Assembly (NCBI GenBank): GCA_002633005.1
Contig: NMRA01000090.1
Coordinates: 447,986-511,985, forward strand
Origin: Phoronis australis
Lineage: Eukaryota > Animalia > Phoronida
Direction of reading: 5' to 3'
DNA length: 64,000 nucleotides
Part shown: positions 50,036 through 61,830 of the stretch, in pieces
How the letters are laid out: each line of letters begins with the position of its first letter
Numbering within the stretch: position 1 is the first letter of the stretch
Notes under the pieces: model-generated
Database searches by the model: none
The model's input: only the letters and a program-made list of their open reading frames with translations
Told to the model about the DNA's origin: nothing
Translations under genes and position numbers: made by a program

Positions 50036-51675
50036 GTTTTTATTCCAGTATTAGACTCAAACATGATCTGTTTTCTCAACTGGATGTCTCAAAATTTTCA
50101 TACTTTATTTCTTATATAGTCATAGTTGGGCATGCCAACTTCACGTGTTATTTTTTTGCCATTTCTGATGTGTGTTTCACTGTAAACTAGTAGTAAAAAG
50201 TAGCCTGAAGATGAGATATTTGTCTAGAAATATCGCTGTGTAAATTATGTAACCTGCTGATGTCGAACGGATTTTCATTGCGCTGTTGTGATGTAAACAC
50301 AAGATCTCTATTTAGAAAATTTGAAGGAACTGAAATTAAACTCGTAAAAACGGAACAAAGTCGTGTATTCAATGAAATCACTATAATTTGGCGGTAATCT
50401 TTCTCGTATGCATATTTCATAGAAAGTGGGTATCTTCACGTTTAGGTACAAGTCGCAAGTTAAAGAACACAGTCGGAATTCAGTTCTTCTTGACAAACTA
50501 CGGAAAGGTATAGTTATATTTACAAACAATACCGTGATTGACGATAGTTCAGAGAAAGAATACATTCGAACAGGGAAAATTTTAAATCTCAACCTCCTCG
50601 TTTCCAAAAGTAGGCCTATTCTGCATCCACAGGTCTCAAGACATTTCTCACAACCTCGTTAAGGTTGAACATAGGAACCCCAGGCCTTTAAAAATCCTTT
50701 TGAAATAGCACTCATTGTCCATTATGGGAAGCCCGGTGAAAACAACAAATGATAAATGAGATCATTTTAAAATCTTTGAGGACCATGATGTATTAGCACT
50801 TTTCTAAAATATGTATTGTATACTGCACTGTTTCCTCGTTAAATAAATTCAAAAATATTATTAATAATAAAAATTATAACGATGCTGATAACAATTAATA
50901 GTAGTGGAAGTAGTAATAGTAGTAAAAGTAGTAATGGTAGTGATAACAGCATTAGTAGTCTGTTTGTTTCTCTAAGAAAAAACGTTTTGTCCACTTGGTC
51001 AAATGGGGGGAGGGGGCTCATTGGAGCCCCCCGAGCCTCCCGACCCCCCGTGTGTGCGCGCATGTATTAACCAGGATTTTGCCTGTCGGACTTTCGGTCA
51101 GAACNNNNNNNNNNNNNNNNNNNNNNNNNNNNNNNNNNNNNNNNNNNNNNNNNNNNNNNNNNNNNNNNNNNNNNNNNNNNNNNNNNNNNNNNNNNNNNNN
51201 NNNNNNNNNNNNNNNNNNNNNNNNNNNNNNNNNNNNNNNNNNNNNNNNNNNNNNNNNNNNNNNNNNNNNNNNNNNNNNNNNNNNNNNNNNNNNNNNNNNN
51301 NNNNNNNNNNNNNNNNNNNNNNNNNNNNNNNNNNNNNNNNNNNNNNNNNNNNNNNNNNNNNNNNNNNNNNNNNNNNNNNNNNNNNNNNNNNNNNNNNNNN
51401 NNNNNNNNNNNNNNNNNNNNNNNNNNNNNNNNNNNNNNNNNNNNNNNNNNNNNNNNNNNNNNNNNNNNNNNNNNNNNNNNNNNNNNNNNNNNNNNNNNNN
51501 NNNNNNNNNNNNNNNNNNNNNNNNNNNNNNNNNNNNNNNNNNNNNNNNNNNNNNNNNNNNNNNNNNNNNNNNNNNNNNNNNNNNNNNNNNNNNNNNNNNN
51601 NNNNNNNNNNNNNNNNNNNNNNNNNNNNNNNNNNNNNNNNNNNNNNNNNNNNNNNNNNNNNNNNNNNNNNNNNNN

Positions 51676-53113
51676 TGAAACGAAATAGTCCATTAAAATG
51701 CGTATGTCACAACATCGTCGTGCTAGTTACTGGGACACTTATGATTCGGCTATTTTTAGCCACGAGTGCGCCACTGGGCATGATTTCAATACTCATGATG
51801 TCACTATCCTAGACTGTGAGGAAGACTGGTTCAAAAGGGGTGTAAAAGAAGCTCTCCATGAGCGCATTGAGAGTCCGTCTTTAAATAAAAGAGGCAGTTT
51901 AAGATTAGATTTGTCACACGTATGGGATGGTGTACTGACGTCAATGCCACACCGTTTGTCCAAAACGCCACCAATTGGCCAGAATAACGATAACGTCACA
52001 AGCCAAGCTGAAGTCCCTGAGTTGGGGACGCAACGTCGCTAATTTCTGTAAGTTTTTATTCCAGTATTAGACTCAAGCTTGATCTGTTTTCTCAACTGGA
52101 TGTCTCAAAATTTTCATACTTTTATTTCTTATATAGTCATAGTTGGGCATGCCAACTTCACGTGTTATATTGCATTTGCCATTTCTGATGTGTGTTTCAC
52201 TGTAAACTAGTAGTAAAAAGTAGCCTGAAGATGAGATATTTGTGTAGAAATATCGCTGTGTAAATTATGTAACCTGCTGATGTCGAACGGATTTTCATTG
52301 CACTGTTGTGATGTAAACACAAGATCTCTATTTAGAAAATTTGAAGGAACTGAAATTAAACTCGTAAAAACAGAACAAAGTCGTGTCTTCACTGAAATCA
52401 CTATAATTTGGCGGTAATCTTTCTCGTATGCATATTTCATAGAAAGTGGGTATCTTCACGTTTAGGTACAAGTCGCAAGTAAAAGAACACAGTCCGAATT
52501 CAGTTCTTCGTGACAAACTACAGAAGGGTATAGTTATATTTACAAACAGTACCGTGATTGACGATAGTTCAGAGAAAAATACATTCGAACAGGCAAAATT
52601 TTAAATCTCAACCTCCTCGTTTCCAAAAGTAGGCCTATTCTGCATCCACGGGTATCAAGACATTTCTCACAACCTCGTTAAGGTTGAACATAGGAACCCC
52701 AGGCCTTTAAAATCCTTTTGAAATAGCACTCATTGTCCATTATGGGAAGCCCGGTGAAAACAACAAATGATAAATGAGATCATTTTAAAATCTTTGAGGA
52801 CCATGATGTATTAGCACTTTTCTAAAATTTGTATTGTATACTGCACTGTTTGCTCGTTAAATAAATTCAAAAATAGTATTAATAATAAAAATTATAACGA
52901 TGCCGATAACAATTAATAGTAGTGGAAGTAGTAATAGTAGTAATGGTAGTAATAACAGCAATAGTAGTCTTTTTGTTTCTCTAAGAAAAAACTTTTTGTC
53001 CACTTGGTCAAATGGGGGGAGGGGGGCTCATTGGAGCCCCCCGAGCCTCCCGACCCCCCGTGTGTGCGCGCATGTATTAACCAGGATTTTGCCTGTCGGA
53101 CTTTCGGTCAGAA
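51676..53113 (+). repeat. Second copy of ~49666-51104 (Penelope tail plus ~1.1 kb flank) across an N-gap
   Basis: Near-identical with scattered SNPs and indels; allelic or tandem duplicate. Confidence 0.85.
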
Positions 53114-56100
53114 CTGCCAAATGGAATCTGGGAGAACATTGGGGGTGTCTTGGCCCCGCTCTAAATCCACCACTGGGTTTCTCCGCAACAGAGGGTTGGG
53201 ATAAGTAGACACGATACCTGCAGTTGGCGATCTTTCAACAATTTTCGATATATGGATGTTTAGGTCTGAGGATCACCTGGGTAAGGCGCGCCAAGGGAAA
53301 TCTTGGTTTTTCAATATATGCCGCAATTAGGGAGTGAAAGTACTGAACGGCGTGGAGACCAGGAACATGATGTGGGGAAGATGGGCTTAAGCGAAAACAA
53401 TCACAATTTTTCGAACAGTCCTTCGTTCAGTTGCCCAACTTGGCAACTGACTTATGCCAGGATATAATATCTGACTACTGAACTGCATGAAGACTAATCC
53501 AAAATACTTGGCCACATGTTAAGCATTTTCCTATCGCAGCTAAGTTTTTTTACTATAAAAGCAAAATTTGGAACCGTGAGAACTGACGCCAAGGGTGCGT
53601 GGGTGAAGAATTTATTTCAAATTTCTCAGCGGCTGAGGCCGGGGACCCGCAGAACGTACATGTATATCGGATTAAAGGAGGGGATGGATAGGAACGGTTC
53701 GAAATAATGTGTGGGAGAGGAGCTGATCTCTTTTTGAGCACATAATTACACGGTGGGGGGATACTACAAAACGCTGACAAGTGCCTGGTGCTTGATCGGG
53801 GGGACTGCAGATCCGTGAGAGAGAAATACCGTGCGTGAGAGAAGAATGTTTGTCCGTTGGCAATCCCGAGCGATGCACAGGAGAGGAATTGAGTCTGTGT
53901 GCTTTGCTTTTTACATTACGGAATTCTTCCGTTTAGTCTAATTTGTTAGGTGGTATAGCACTTGTAGCCAATATCTTACACTGACGACTGATTAAGTCCA
54001 TTCTGGCAATTACGGTTGGAGGGTCTGCTCTCTTTTGTTTGATATTTACTCTAATCTCACTGGGCTGTTTAGTTAAAAATAAGTTAAGTTATAAAATGTT
54101 TGAACATAAACCAATGTCATTTCTGAAATCCCCATCAAATACTGTTCATGCTTAAAGTTTTTGAATCACCAAAATCGCCCAACTAAACAATCGAAGTGTA
54201 CTTCTGGTAAAGTCACGGAACGGGAGATCGCTCTAATGAACTTTAAAAGCCTTTCATTTATTTATATGACCACAATGAGGTCATTTTTCACAACTGTTCA
54301 CATTAAATTTAGACCCCATTAGAAGCGACCCGGGTCATATTTTACTTTTACAAAGTTACCCACGATCATTGTTCAACACTCAGTGAAAAGGCTTATTGGG
54401 GCACCTCGAAAGTGCGTCCCGAGTGAGCGGCACGTCTCCTAGATATAATGTATTTGCATCGAGCGACACCGATTAAATGATAAATTTGCGCGATCTTGGT
54501 GGTTTCTCTTAAAAAAAACGAAAAAATAAAACGCTCGCAGTGGATTGACATGCGTGCAGCCGCTCAGGCCACTCGTAAATCTGCCACTGGTTGCGATCTC
54601 CTAGTCCCTCCCAAGGAGGTATTGCGCAGTTTTCACTGGATTTTTCCTGGCAGAGGGAGGCATTGTATAGTTTTCACTGAGTTTTGCCCTGCACAGCACA
54701 CGTCACTGGATTTGTTGCTTTGATCCCGCTCCGTCAAAAACTGCATGAAAAAATATAATTTTGGTCACTTCATTCTAATCAAAATGGAAGTCAGGCTCCG
54801 AAAAAGTGACGAAAATTCAAAATTGACAGTTTTCAGCCCAAAATCACCACTTCTCTTCCCATGCTAAACGTAAGCTTACACTCGATTCTGAAATCACTGC
54901 CCCACAGATTCCAAGACTGGTGTCATTTAAAAAGGCAAATTTATTTTTTTTTGCCATTTTGGATTGTTTCAAGGTTACCTATTTCTTGATCATTAATTAG
55001 CAATGCCACAACATGGTAGACCACCATGGGATTGCAGATTGACCTTAGTTGCAGTGTAACAGTAGAGTGCCACTCAAGTCTGGCTGAGTAGCCATTGTTT
55101 CAGGACATTTAAAATAAATGACGATCGATTGATTGATCGAACAAGAAGTCAATGTTATATGCTATCAGCCAGCTAAGGATGTGCATTGTTTAATTTAACT
55201 GAGCAAAATTTAGCAAAAAAGCAACAAGAATGAATTTGTCTTTACATGAATTCTTAAAGGCAAATTGGAAAATGCTTCAAAAATTTTCTAAATTTTCTTT
55301 TCTTTTTTGTTGATGAAACGGATGAGGATTTTCATAAATATCACACAATTTCAATTATGATAACACCTCATACATAGGTCAAACATCATCATAAACGTTT
55401 TAAAGAACTGTGTAACTCATACTATCTGACTTGATTCCGCTGAGATAAACAATTTCGAAGATATATCGGACCCGTAGCCAGCGTGAGGGGTGGTTCGAAT
55501 TATTGGACCGGTGAACCTTTGATATTTTGCGAAAGTAGAGTTTTCAGTAAGGTTCTTGACGCAGCTTAATTAGTGGGGGGTCTGTATACGTAACGATGTC
55601 TCTCAGCTCTATGTTTTTGAATTCGTAATACCATAAATGAGCGTTGTTCGCAAAGAACAGGACTCAAATTCGGATGTAATGTGGTCCAGAAAGAGAACGT
55701 TCTCGCGTTACATCCTGCCAAACTTTCAAATCAGGCGTGCTTGTATGAGTGATTAATCTTCATTACAAACTCGGTCGGAAATACTTTGTAGGAGAATGAC
55801 TTGACGAATTTTTTATCTGGCTGTAGTTTTGAATGTTACTTAAGTTGCTTACATCGCTTGAAATGGGAACAGCCCAATATTCGGAAGGTTCACTATTCGG
55901 AAGGTCCACTCTTCTTAAGATTCACTATTCCGAAGGTTTACTTCTTCGAAGGTTCACAACTTCGAGGATTCACTACTATGAACATATTTGAAATTTCGGA
56001 CTCAGGTGTAATTTTTGTAATTTTACATGCGGAAATAAGCAATACTTCAATTATTAGATGCACTGAGTGGTGTAATTATACCGAAAACAACGCCCGAATT

Positions 56101-57780
56101 TTATGCGCATGCGAAACTGCCTGCATGTCTTACGAATATGGAAAAATGAGTACGTACTTGCATTTTTAAAAGAATACGATATTGGGATATTAATGAATTG
56201 TCAATCACTATACATTTGTCCACTCCATGTCGAGATCGCATCATTTCACAGCGCCTCAACCTCGCCTACCGTAACCACGCGCACAACCGGGTCGAAACTA
56301 AATGTATTTAGTAGGCTACCATGTCCCTGCCAGTCTTCACGAAGTCAGAGAAACCAATTCAGTCTTCTTAAATTTAAAACCGTTGGTTGCCGCAGCCTTG
56401 ACCCCTACCCTAGATATTGTCCCTGCTTGAGAATGAGTCGTTAGTTACATGTAGATTCAAGAACCACGATTGGCAGTGATTGAAACTGAGCTGATTTGTA
56501 AACAATGTAATCAATGTTTTCAGTAACACGGGATGTGCAGCACTGAAAAAAATGGGAGGCTAAATCCCCCTCAGCCCCCTGTGGCGCACCGCCTATAGAC
56601 CATGTGCAGCGTAGCACTGAAAAAAGTGGGGCGCTGTAGCTCCCCCAGCCCCCTATGGTGCGCCGCCCGTGTTTAAGAACTATTGAACTTTTGCATACCC
56701 TTTAAACGGTTACTAAATGGACAGAAATACAATATTTCATTCATGTCAGTTGCCACTTATTAGCGGACAGTCCGAGTAATGAACTGTCGGAATTCTGGAC
56801 TCGGAATTATGAACATTCGAAGTTAGTAGTGAACTTTCGAAGGTAGCGAAATTTTGTAGCAGTGAGCCTTCGGAATAGCGGCATATAACCTTGAAAATCT
56901 TTTATATCAAGTTTGTTGCTCGGATAAAGTCTGCGAGCCTGTTCACCATTGACAATGATTGACGAGAGAACACTGTCTTCATAGACCAAAGTTTTTATTA
57001 GGTCTAGACCTGCATTTCCCCCAAAATAGGAACATGCTCATCGGGGTTTTGTCATTGCACGAAGACACGGTAGTTAAATGTCTGGCTTTTGAGCTACCAC
57101 GAAAGACCGCCGGCGTCTACTGAATTTAAAAGAATGGGAACGCACACATGTGTACACGCCTGCATTTCAATCCACCAATCCACAATGAAATTGGACACTG
57201 GATGAACAACATGTTTGACGATCAATTTCAATCTGAAATTTGAAAACGCCTGCACTNNNNNNNNNNNNNNNNNNNNNNNNNNNNNNNNNNNNNNNNNNNN
57301 NNNNNNNNNNNNNNNNNNNNNNNNNNNNNNNNNNNNNNNNNNNNNNNNNNNNNNNNNNNNNNNNNNNNNNNNNNNNNNNNNNNNNNNNNNNNNNNNNNNN
57401 NNNNNNNNNNNNNNNNNNNNNNNNNNNNNNNNNNNNNNNNNNNNNNNNNNNNNNNNNNNNNNNNNNNNNNNNNNNNNNNNNNNNNNNNNNNNNNNNNNNN
57501 NNNNNNNNNNNNNNNNNNNNNNNNNNNNNNNNNNNNNNNNNNNNNNNNNNNNNNNNNNNNNNNNNNNNNNNNNNNNNNNNNNNNNNNNNNNNNNNNNNNN
57601 NNNNNNNNNNNNNNNNNNNNNNNNNNNNNNNNNNNNNNNNNNNNNNNNNNNNNNNNNNNNNNNNNNNNNNNNNNNNNNNNNNNNNNNNNNNNNNNNNNNN
57701 NNNNNNNNNNNNNNNNNNNNNNNNNNNNNTGAAATTGAAACGAATTCCGTGAAAAACGTAAGTTATAACATTTTGAACGT

Positions 57781-59150
57781 TAGATGACCTTTGCATTAAT
57801 TGACCCTATCCGATGCATTATAAGCTTCTTTAGGAAAATTATTGCAAGCCCATGAAAATGTGTTTAATACTGAGAATTACAATTGTCTAACAGTTGACAC
57901 ATCAGAATACTTGGTGAATGAAAAGGTCAAATTTTCAGAAGAAAAATGCACCTAATGAACCCATGTTTGTACTAAATGACCTGAAACTTTGGATTCCGAA
58001 TTGAATTACCTGTGCCAATCAGACCTGTTAATTTGAGGTGTCTAGCTCAAAATCTTAGTTTGCACCTAATGAGCTTTGACCAGTTTAACCTGATTGGATG
58101 ACCCGATTACTTAGAAAAGTAAGTTTTTAAATTGTTACATTGACTTATACCTGTGTACTAAATTTGAGAAGAAAAGCTTTTAAAAAGAAGGAGTAGCATT
58201 TCGAAAATTAGATGACCTTTGAAACAAACGACCTCTTCCGGTGCAATATGGAAGATGATTATATAACCAATCAAAATTTATATACTGTCGAAAATCATAT
58301 GCTGAATTTAAAGACCGTACCTGCAACCAATTTGGAGTTATTAAACCTCAAATTTGATCGGAAGAAGAATAAAAAGAATAAGAATAAGAAGAATAACGAT
58401 AACTAGAAAGATTATTGTCACGGCGTGACAATAACGGAGTCTGCGCGTGCGTATTCCTGGAATTAATATGGGAAGTTAGTGACAGCAACCCGTTTACCAA
58501 TATGAAAAGGAATTTTTTAAAATTGTAGGAGAAATTACATATTAATTTTTGGATGACCTTTCCACTAACTGACCTCTTCCGTTGCATTATAAGCATCTTT
58601 AGGAGAATTAATGCGAAGCCCATGAAAAATATGTTTAATGCTGAGAATCGCAGTTGTCTGACGGTTGACACACCAGAATACTTGGTGAATGAAAAGATCA
58701 AATTTTCAGAAGAAAAATGCACATAATGACCCCATGTTTGCACTAAATGACCTGAAACTTTGGATTCCGATTTGTTTTACCTGTGGCAACAGACTTGTCA
58801 ATTTGAAGTGTCTAGCTTAAAATTTTAGTTTGCACCTAATGACCTTTGGCCTATTTCACCCGATTGGATGACCCGATTACTTAGAAAAGTAGTTTTTTAA
58901 ATTGTCATGTTGACTTATACCTGTGCACCCAATTTGAAAAAGATAGCTTAAAAACTGAAGGAGTAGCATTTTGAAAATTATATGACCTTTGCATCAAACG
59001 ACCTCTTCCGGTGCAACATGGAATATGATTATATAACCAATCAAAATTTATATACTGTCAAAAGTCATATGCTGAATTTAAACACCGTACCTGCACCCAA
59101 TTTGGAGTTCTTAAGCCTCAAAGTTGGTCGGAAGAAGAATAAGAATAAAA
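57781..59150. repeat. Diverged ~770-bp tandem duplication of a GATGACCTT-rich repeat
   Basis: 57781-58400 is collinear with 58551-59150. A 59-bp direct repeat follows at ~59140-59263. Confidence 0.8.
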
Positions 59151-60481
59151 TTGAAGAAAACCCAGGAACAACAGTACTCTGCGCCTACACGCGCAGAGTA
59201 ATAAGAATAAAATTGAAGAAAACCCAGGAACAACAATACTCTGCGCTTACACGCGCAGAGTAATAACAAACCCATTTTCTGCTGTTTTGTTCTTTGGTCG
59301 ATTTTAAGGCATTTAGACCGTTTGGGAGCTCTCTCGCTGCTAGTTACGCATAGAAATTTAATTTTAGACTACTTTGCTACCCTATAGTGCATCCGGTGCC
59401 GATGAATAAGATAAAGCCTCCTGTAATTATCTGCTCGATCCTGTCATCTGCGCAAACACCACTCGTGCAAAGTTGGCCTGGTACGGCCCGATAATTATGT
59501 GACGCGCTTTGAATCAGAGTCAAATTTGTTGTTGTTCTTGTTGTTGTCCATCTATGTCCTATCTTTAACCGATAGGCTGGGGCTGGACCTTTTCCGCGGA
59601 GTGGGTTCGACCGAACCCCCCTCGAACCCCCCCCTAACCCCCTGGCTATACGGGCCTGTATAGTTTTCCAAAGTAGGTAAACTTTTGACATGTTTTCTAA
59701 GGTTAGTCGTAACCTAAAAGGAAAAAAGTCTTCTTTTTAGCGTGTGATCTACGTATACTTAGTCATGCTTAAATCCAAAAGAAAGTGACGAGTTATGACA
59801 TAAAATAGTTGTGAATCAGACTGACACCGAAAACGTGCAACAGCTTTAATTTAAAACATTGAGCTCAGTCCGGCCGTGACTGTTAAGACCATGTCACACT
59901 TTGTTGTCAAATTCACCTTCCTCCAGTGTAAACATTCGACTTAAATTCTTGAGAAAGTCGTGAATCTTTAACTACGGCAGGTATCAAACAAAGATTCAAA
60001 ACAGATTGAAAAACCCCAAAGAGGTCTGAAGACATGTTTTGGGAGGAAATGCTACCTGTGTATTTCATACAAATCCCATCACCGTAGTTTGTGTGCCTGG
60101 AAGAAGGTTGTTGTTTGAACAGCAGAACGTAAAGCCTTGCTAGGCTACAGCGGTTTTTAGCAAAGTAGTTTTATCACAGCATACATTTCTGTTAATATTC
60201 ACTCCATGTATTGTCTCAATATTGAGAAGTTTGTCTATAACCGCAAAACGACTCATTATTCCTTACATGATCTGGTGAAGTTGAAATAAGTCGGATTATG
60301 CCCTTGCTCACTTTGACTGAATCCAAACTAGGGCGGAAACTATTTCTTTTCACCAACTTACATTGTTCATATATTTTGTAAAATAATAACTCGTTCGCAA
60401 TTTAGTAGTCAGCAGCTTGGATTTCAATAACACTTGATATTAACACTATGGAACTATTCATTACAGGAACGTGCTCGCATT

Positions 60482-60551
60482 ATGTGGACATGGGTCAGCG
60501 TGGTGACTCTTCTATTGACAGGGATCACCACTACAATAGCACAAACCACAG
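60482..60551 (+). CDS. Probable first coding exon (signal peptide) of an unidentified secreted or membrane protein
   Basis: Acceptor TTCATTACAG| at 60466, then ATG. MWTWVSVVTLLLTGITTTIAQTT has a hydrophobic core and a T-I-A cleavage context, and ends at a strong phase-1 donor ACAG|GTAAGG. Confidence 0.5.
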
Positions 60552-60689
60552 GTAAGGTCAAAACACTCACGTAGGCACCTACATACCAGAAGGCGCGGAC
60601 TAACTCGAAATCCAGAAAAGTTAATTAAATGAGTTTTTGGTCACAGTAAGATCAAAAACCGGACGATCGCCGCACAAATAAAATAAAAC

Positions 60690-61830
60690 AGTTCATGTTA
60701 AATCAACGTTTCGTCTATTCATTAGACATCATCAGGATCATATTTACAACAATTTAGGACAAGTGCCAACATACAGTTCAGGTAACATCCATAAAGTGAA
60801 AGTGAGAGATACAGGGAATATAGTCAGTAGCTGGTTCTCACCATGGTTGCAGTGTCACTGAGCTCTGTATGTTATTCAGAGAATCAGTGGCATGCTGGTT
60901 TTGAATGGCCAATGACTCTTTGATGTACTGTAACTCTTTATTAGGTTCTCTGCAGATAATGCTAACTGAATTGGCTGATTGATGTTAACACAATGCCGAT
61001 ATATGTTGCTTTTCTCTGTTCTTTCAACCTGTCACAGAGGCCGTCTCTGTGTGAGTCCGATATAGAATTCCTCATAGTTGTCACATTCAACCTTATAAAC
61101 AACATTACTCTTGTTCAATAAAGGGATGGGTGACTTCACTTTACACAGCATATTGGAAAGTTTCCGAAGAGGTTTGAAAACAACTGTCAGTTCAACAGCT
61201 GGGTCTATGTAATGAATAAGGCGAGATAATTGACGTTTCAATTTTGTACCACCTGACCCGGTGTTACTAAGAGAAAAGAAAACTTTCTTTTTCTCGGGTC
61301 TAATAACAGCTACCTTATCTGCCTCATTCATTTTTGAAAGAAAGTGCCTTTTACAGCTATTCAGAAAATTCAGAGGGTAACCATTGTCACGCAATAACTG
61401 GAAAATCTTGGCTACGTCACTATCAAAACTTAAATTGGTGGAACAAATTCTCCAGGCACGGTGTAACAAGCAGTTGACTAGACCTCTTTTGTACTGGATC
61501 GGCACAAAACTGTCAAATAGTAAGATAAAGCCCAGAGAAACTGGGCTTACGATACACAGATTTTGCAACGGTGCCATTCCCACGTTTAACCAAGACATCT
61601 AGAAAAGGTAAACACGACTCGCGCTCAGAAGTTGATGGACGGATGCATATCGTTCATGTTATAAAAAAGGTGTTGACTGAGTTCTTGGATGAAAACACAA
61701 CAAACGTATCGTCCACACCTACGGTAGAATTGTGGTTTACAATCCGGTGGACAACTGGCCAGAGCCTCAGTCTCGAGATTGCACATGAAAATATTAGCTA
61801 ACACTGGTCCCAGGGGTGAACCCATGGCTA
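60690..61830 (-). mobile_element. 5'-truncated Penelope-like retroelement (RT C-terminus plus GIY-YIG)
   Basis: MGSPLGPVLANIFM (RT motif B), FLDVLV, YKRGLVNCLLHRAWRICS, LRDNGYP, NVVYKVECDNYEEFYIGLTQR; frameshifted. Confidence 0.92.
60701..60739 (-). ncRNA. Minimal type-I hammerhead ribozyme in the Penelope 3' end
   Basis: - strand reads GATC-CTGATGA-T-GTCTA-ATGAA-TAGAC-GAAA-CGTT-GATT: conserved core CUGAUGA/GAAA, perfect 5-bp stem II, 4-bp stem I and a palindromic minimal stem III. Confidence 0.8.

Noticed and set aside
49666-53113. Tandem Penelope array or pLTR pair
   Set aside because: The duplicate includes about 1.1 kb of unrelated flank and is split by an N-gap, so allelic redundancy is at least as likely.
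50995-57796. Long ORFs in the track consisting mostly of X (around 51.0-51.8 kb and 57.2-57.8 kb)
   Set aside because: Artefacts of translating through N-gaps.
60097-60135. Hammerhead-like CCTGGAAGAAGGTTGTT...AACAGCAGAACGTA
   Set aside because: A stem II-like pairing is present, but both core boxes are broken (CTGGAAGA, AGAAC); at best a dead relic.
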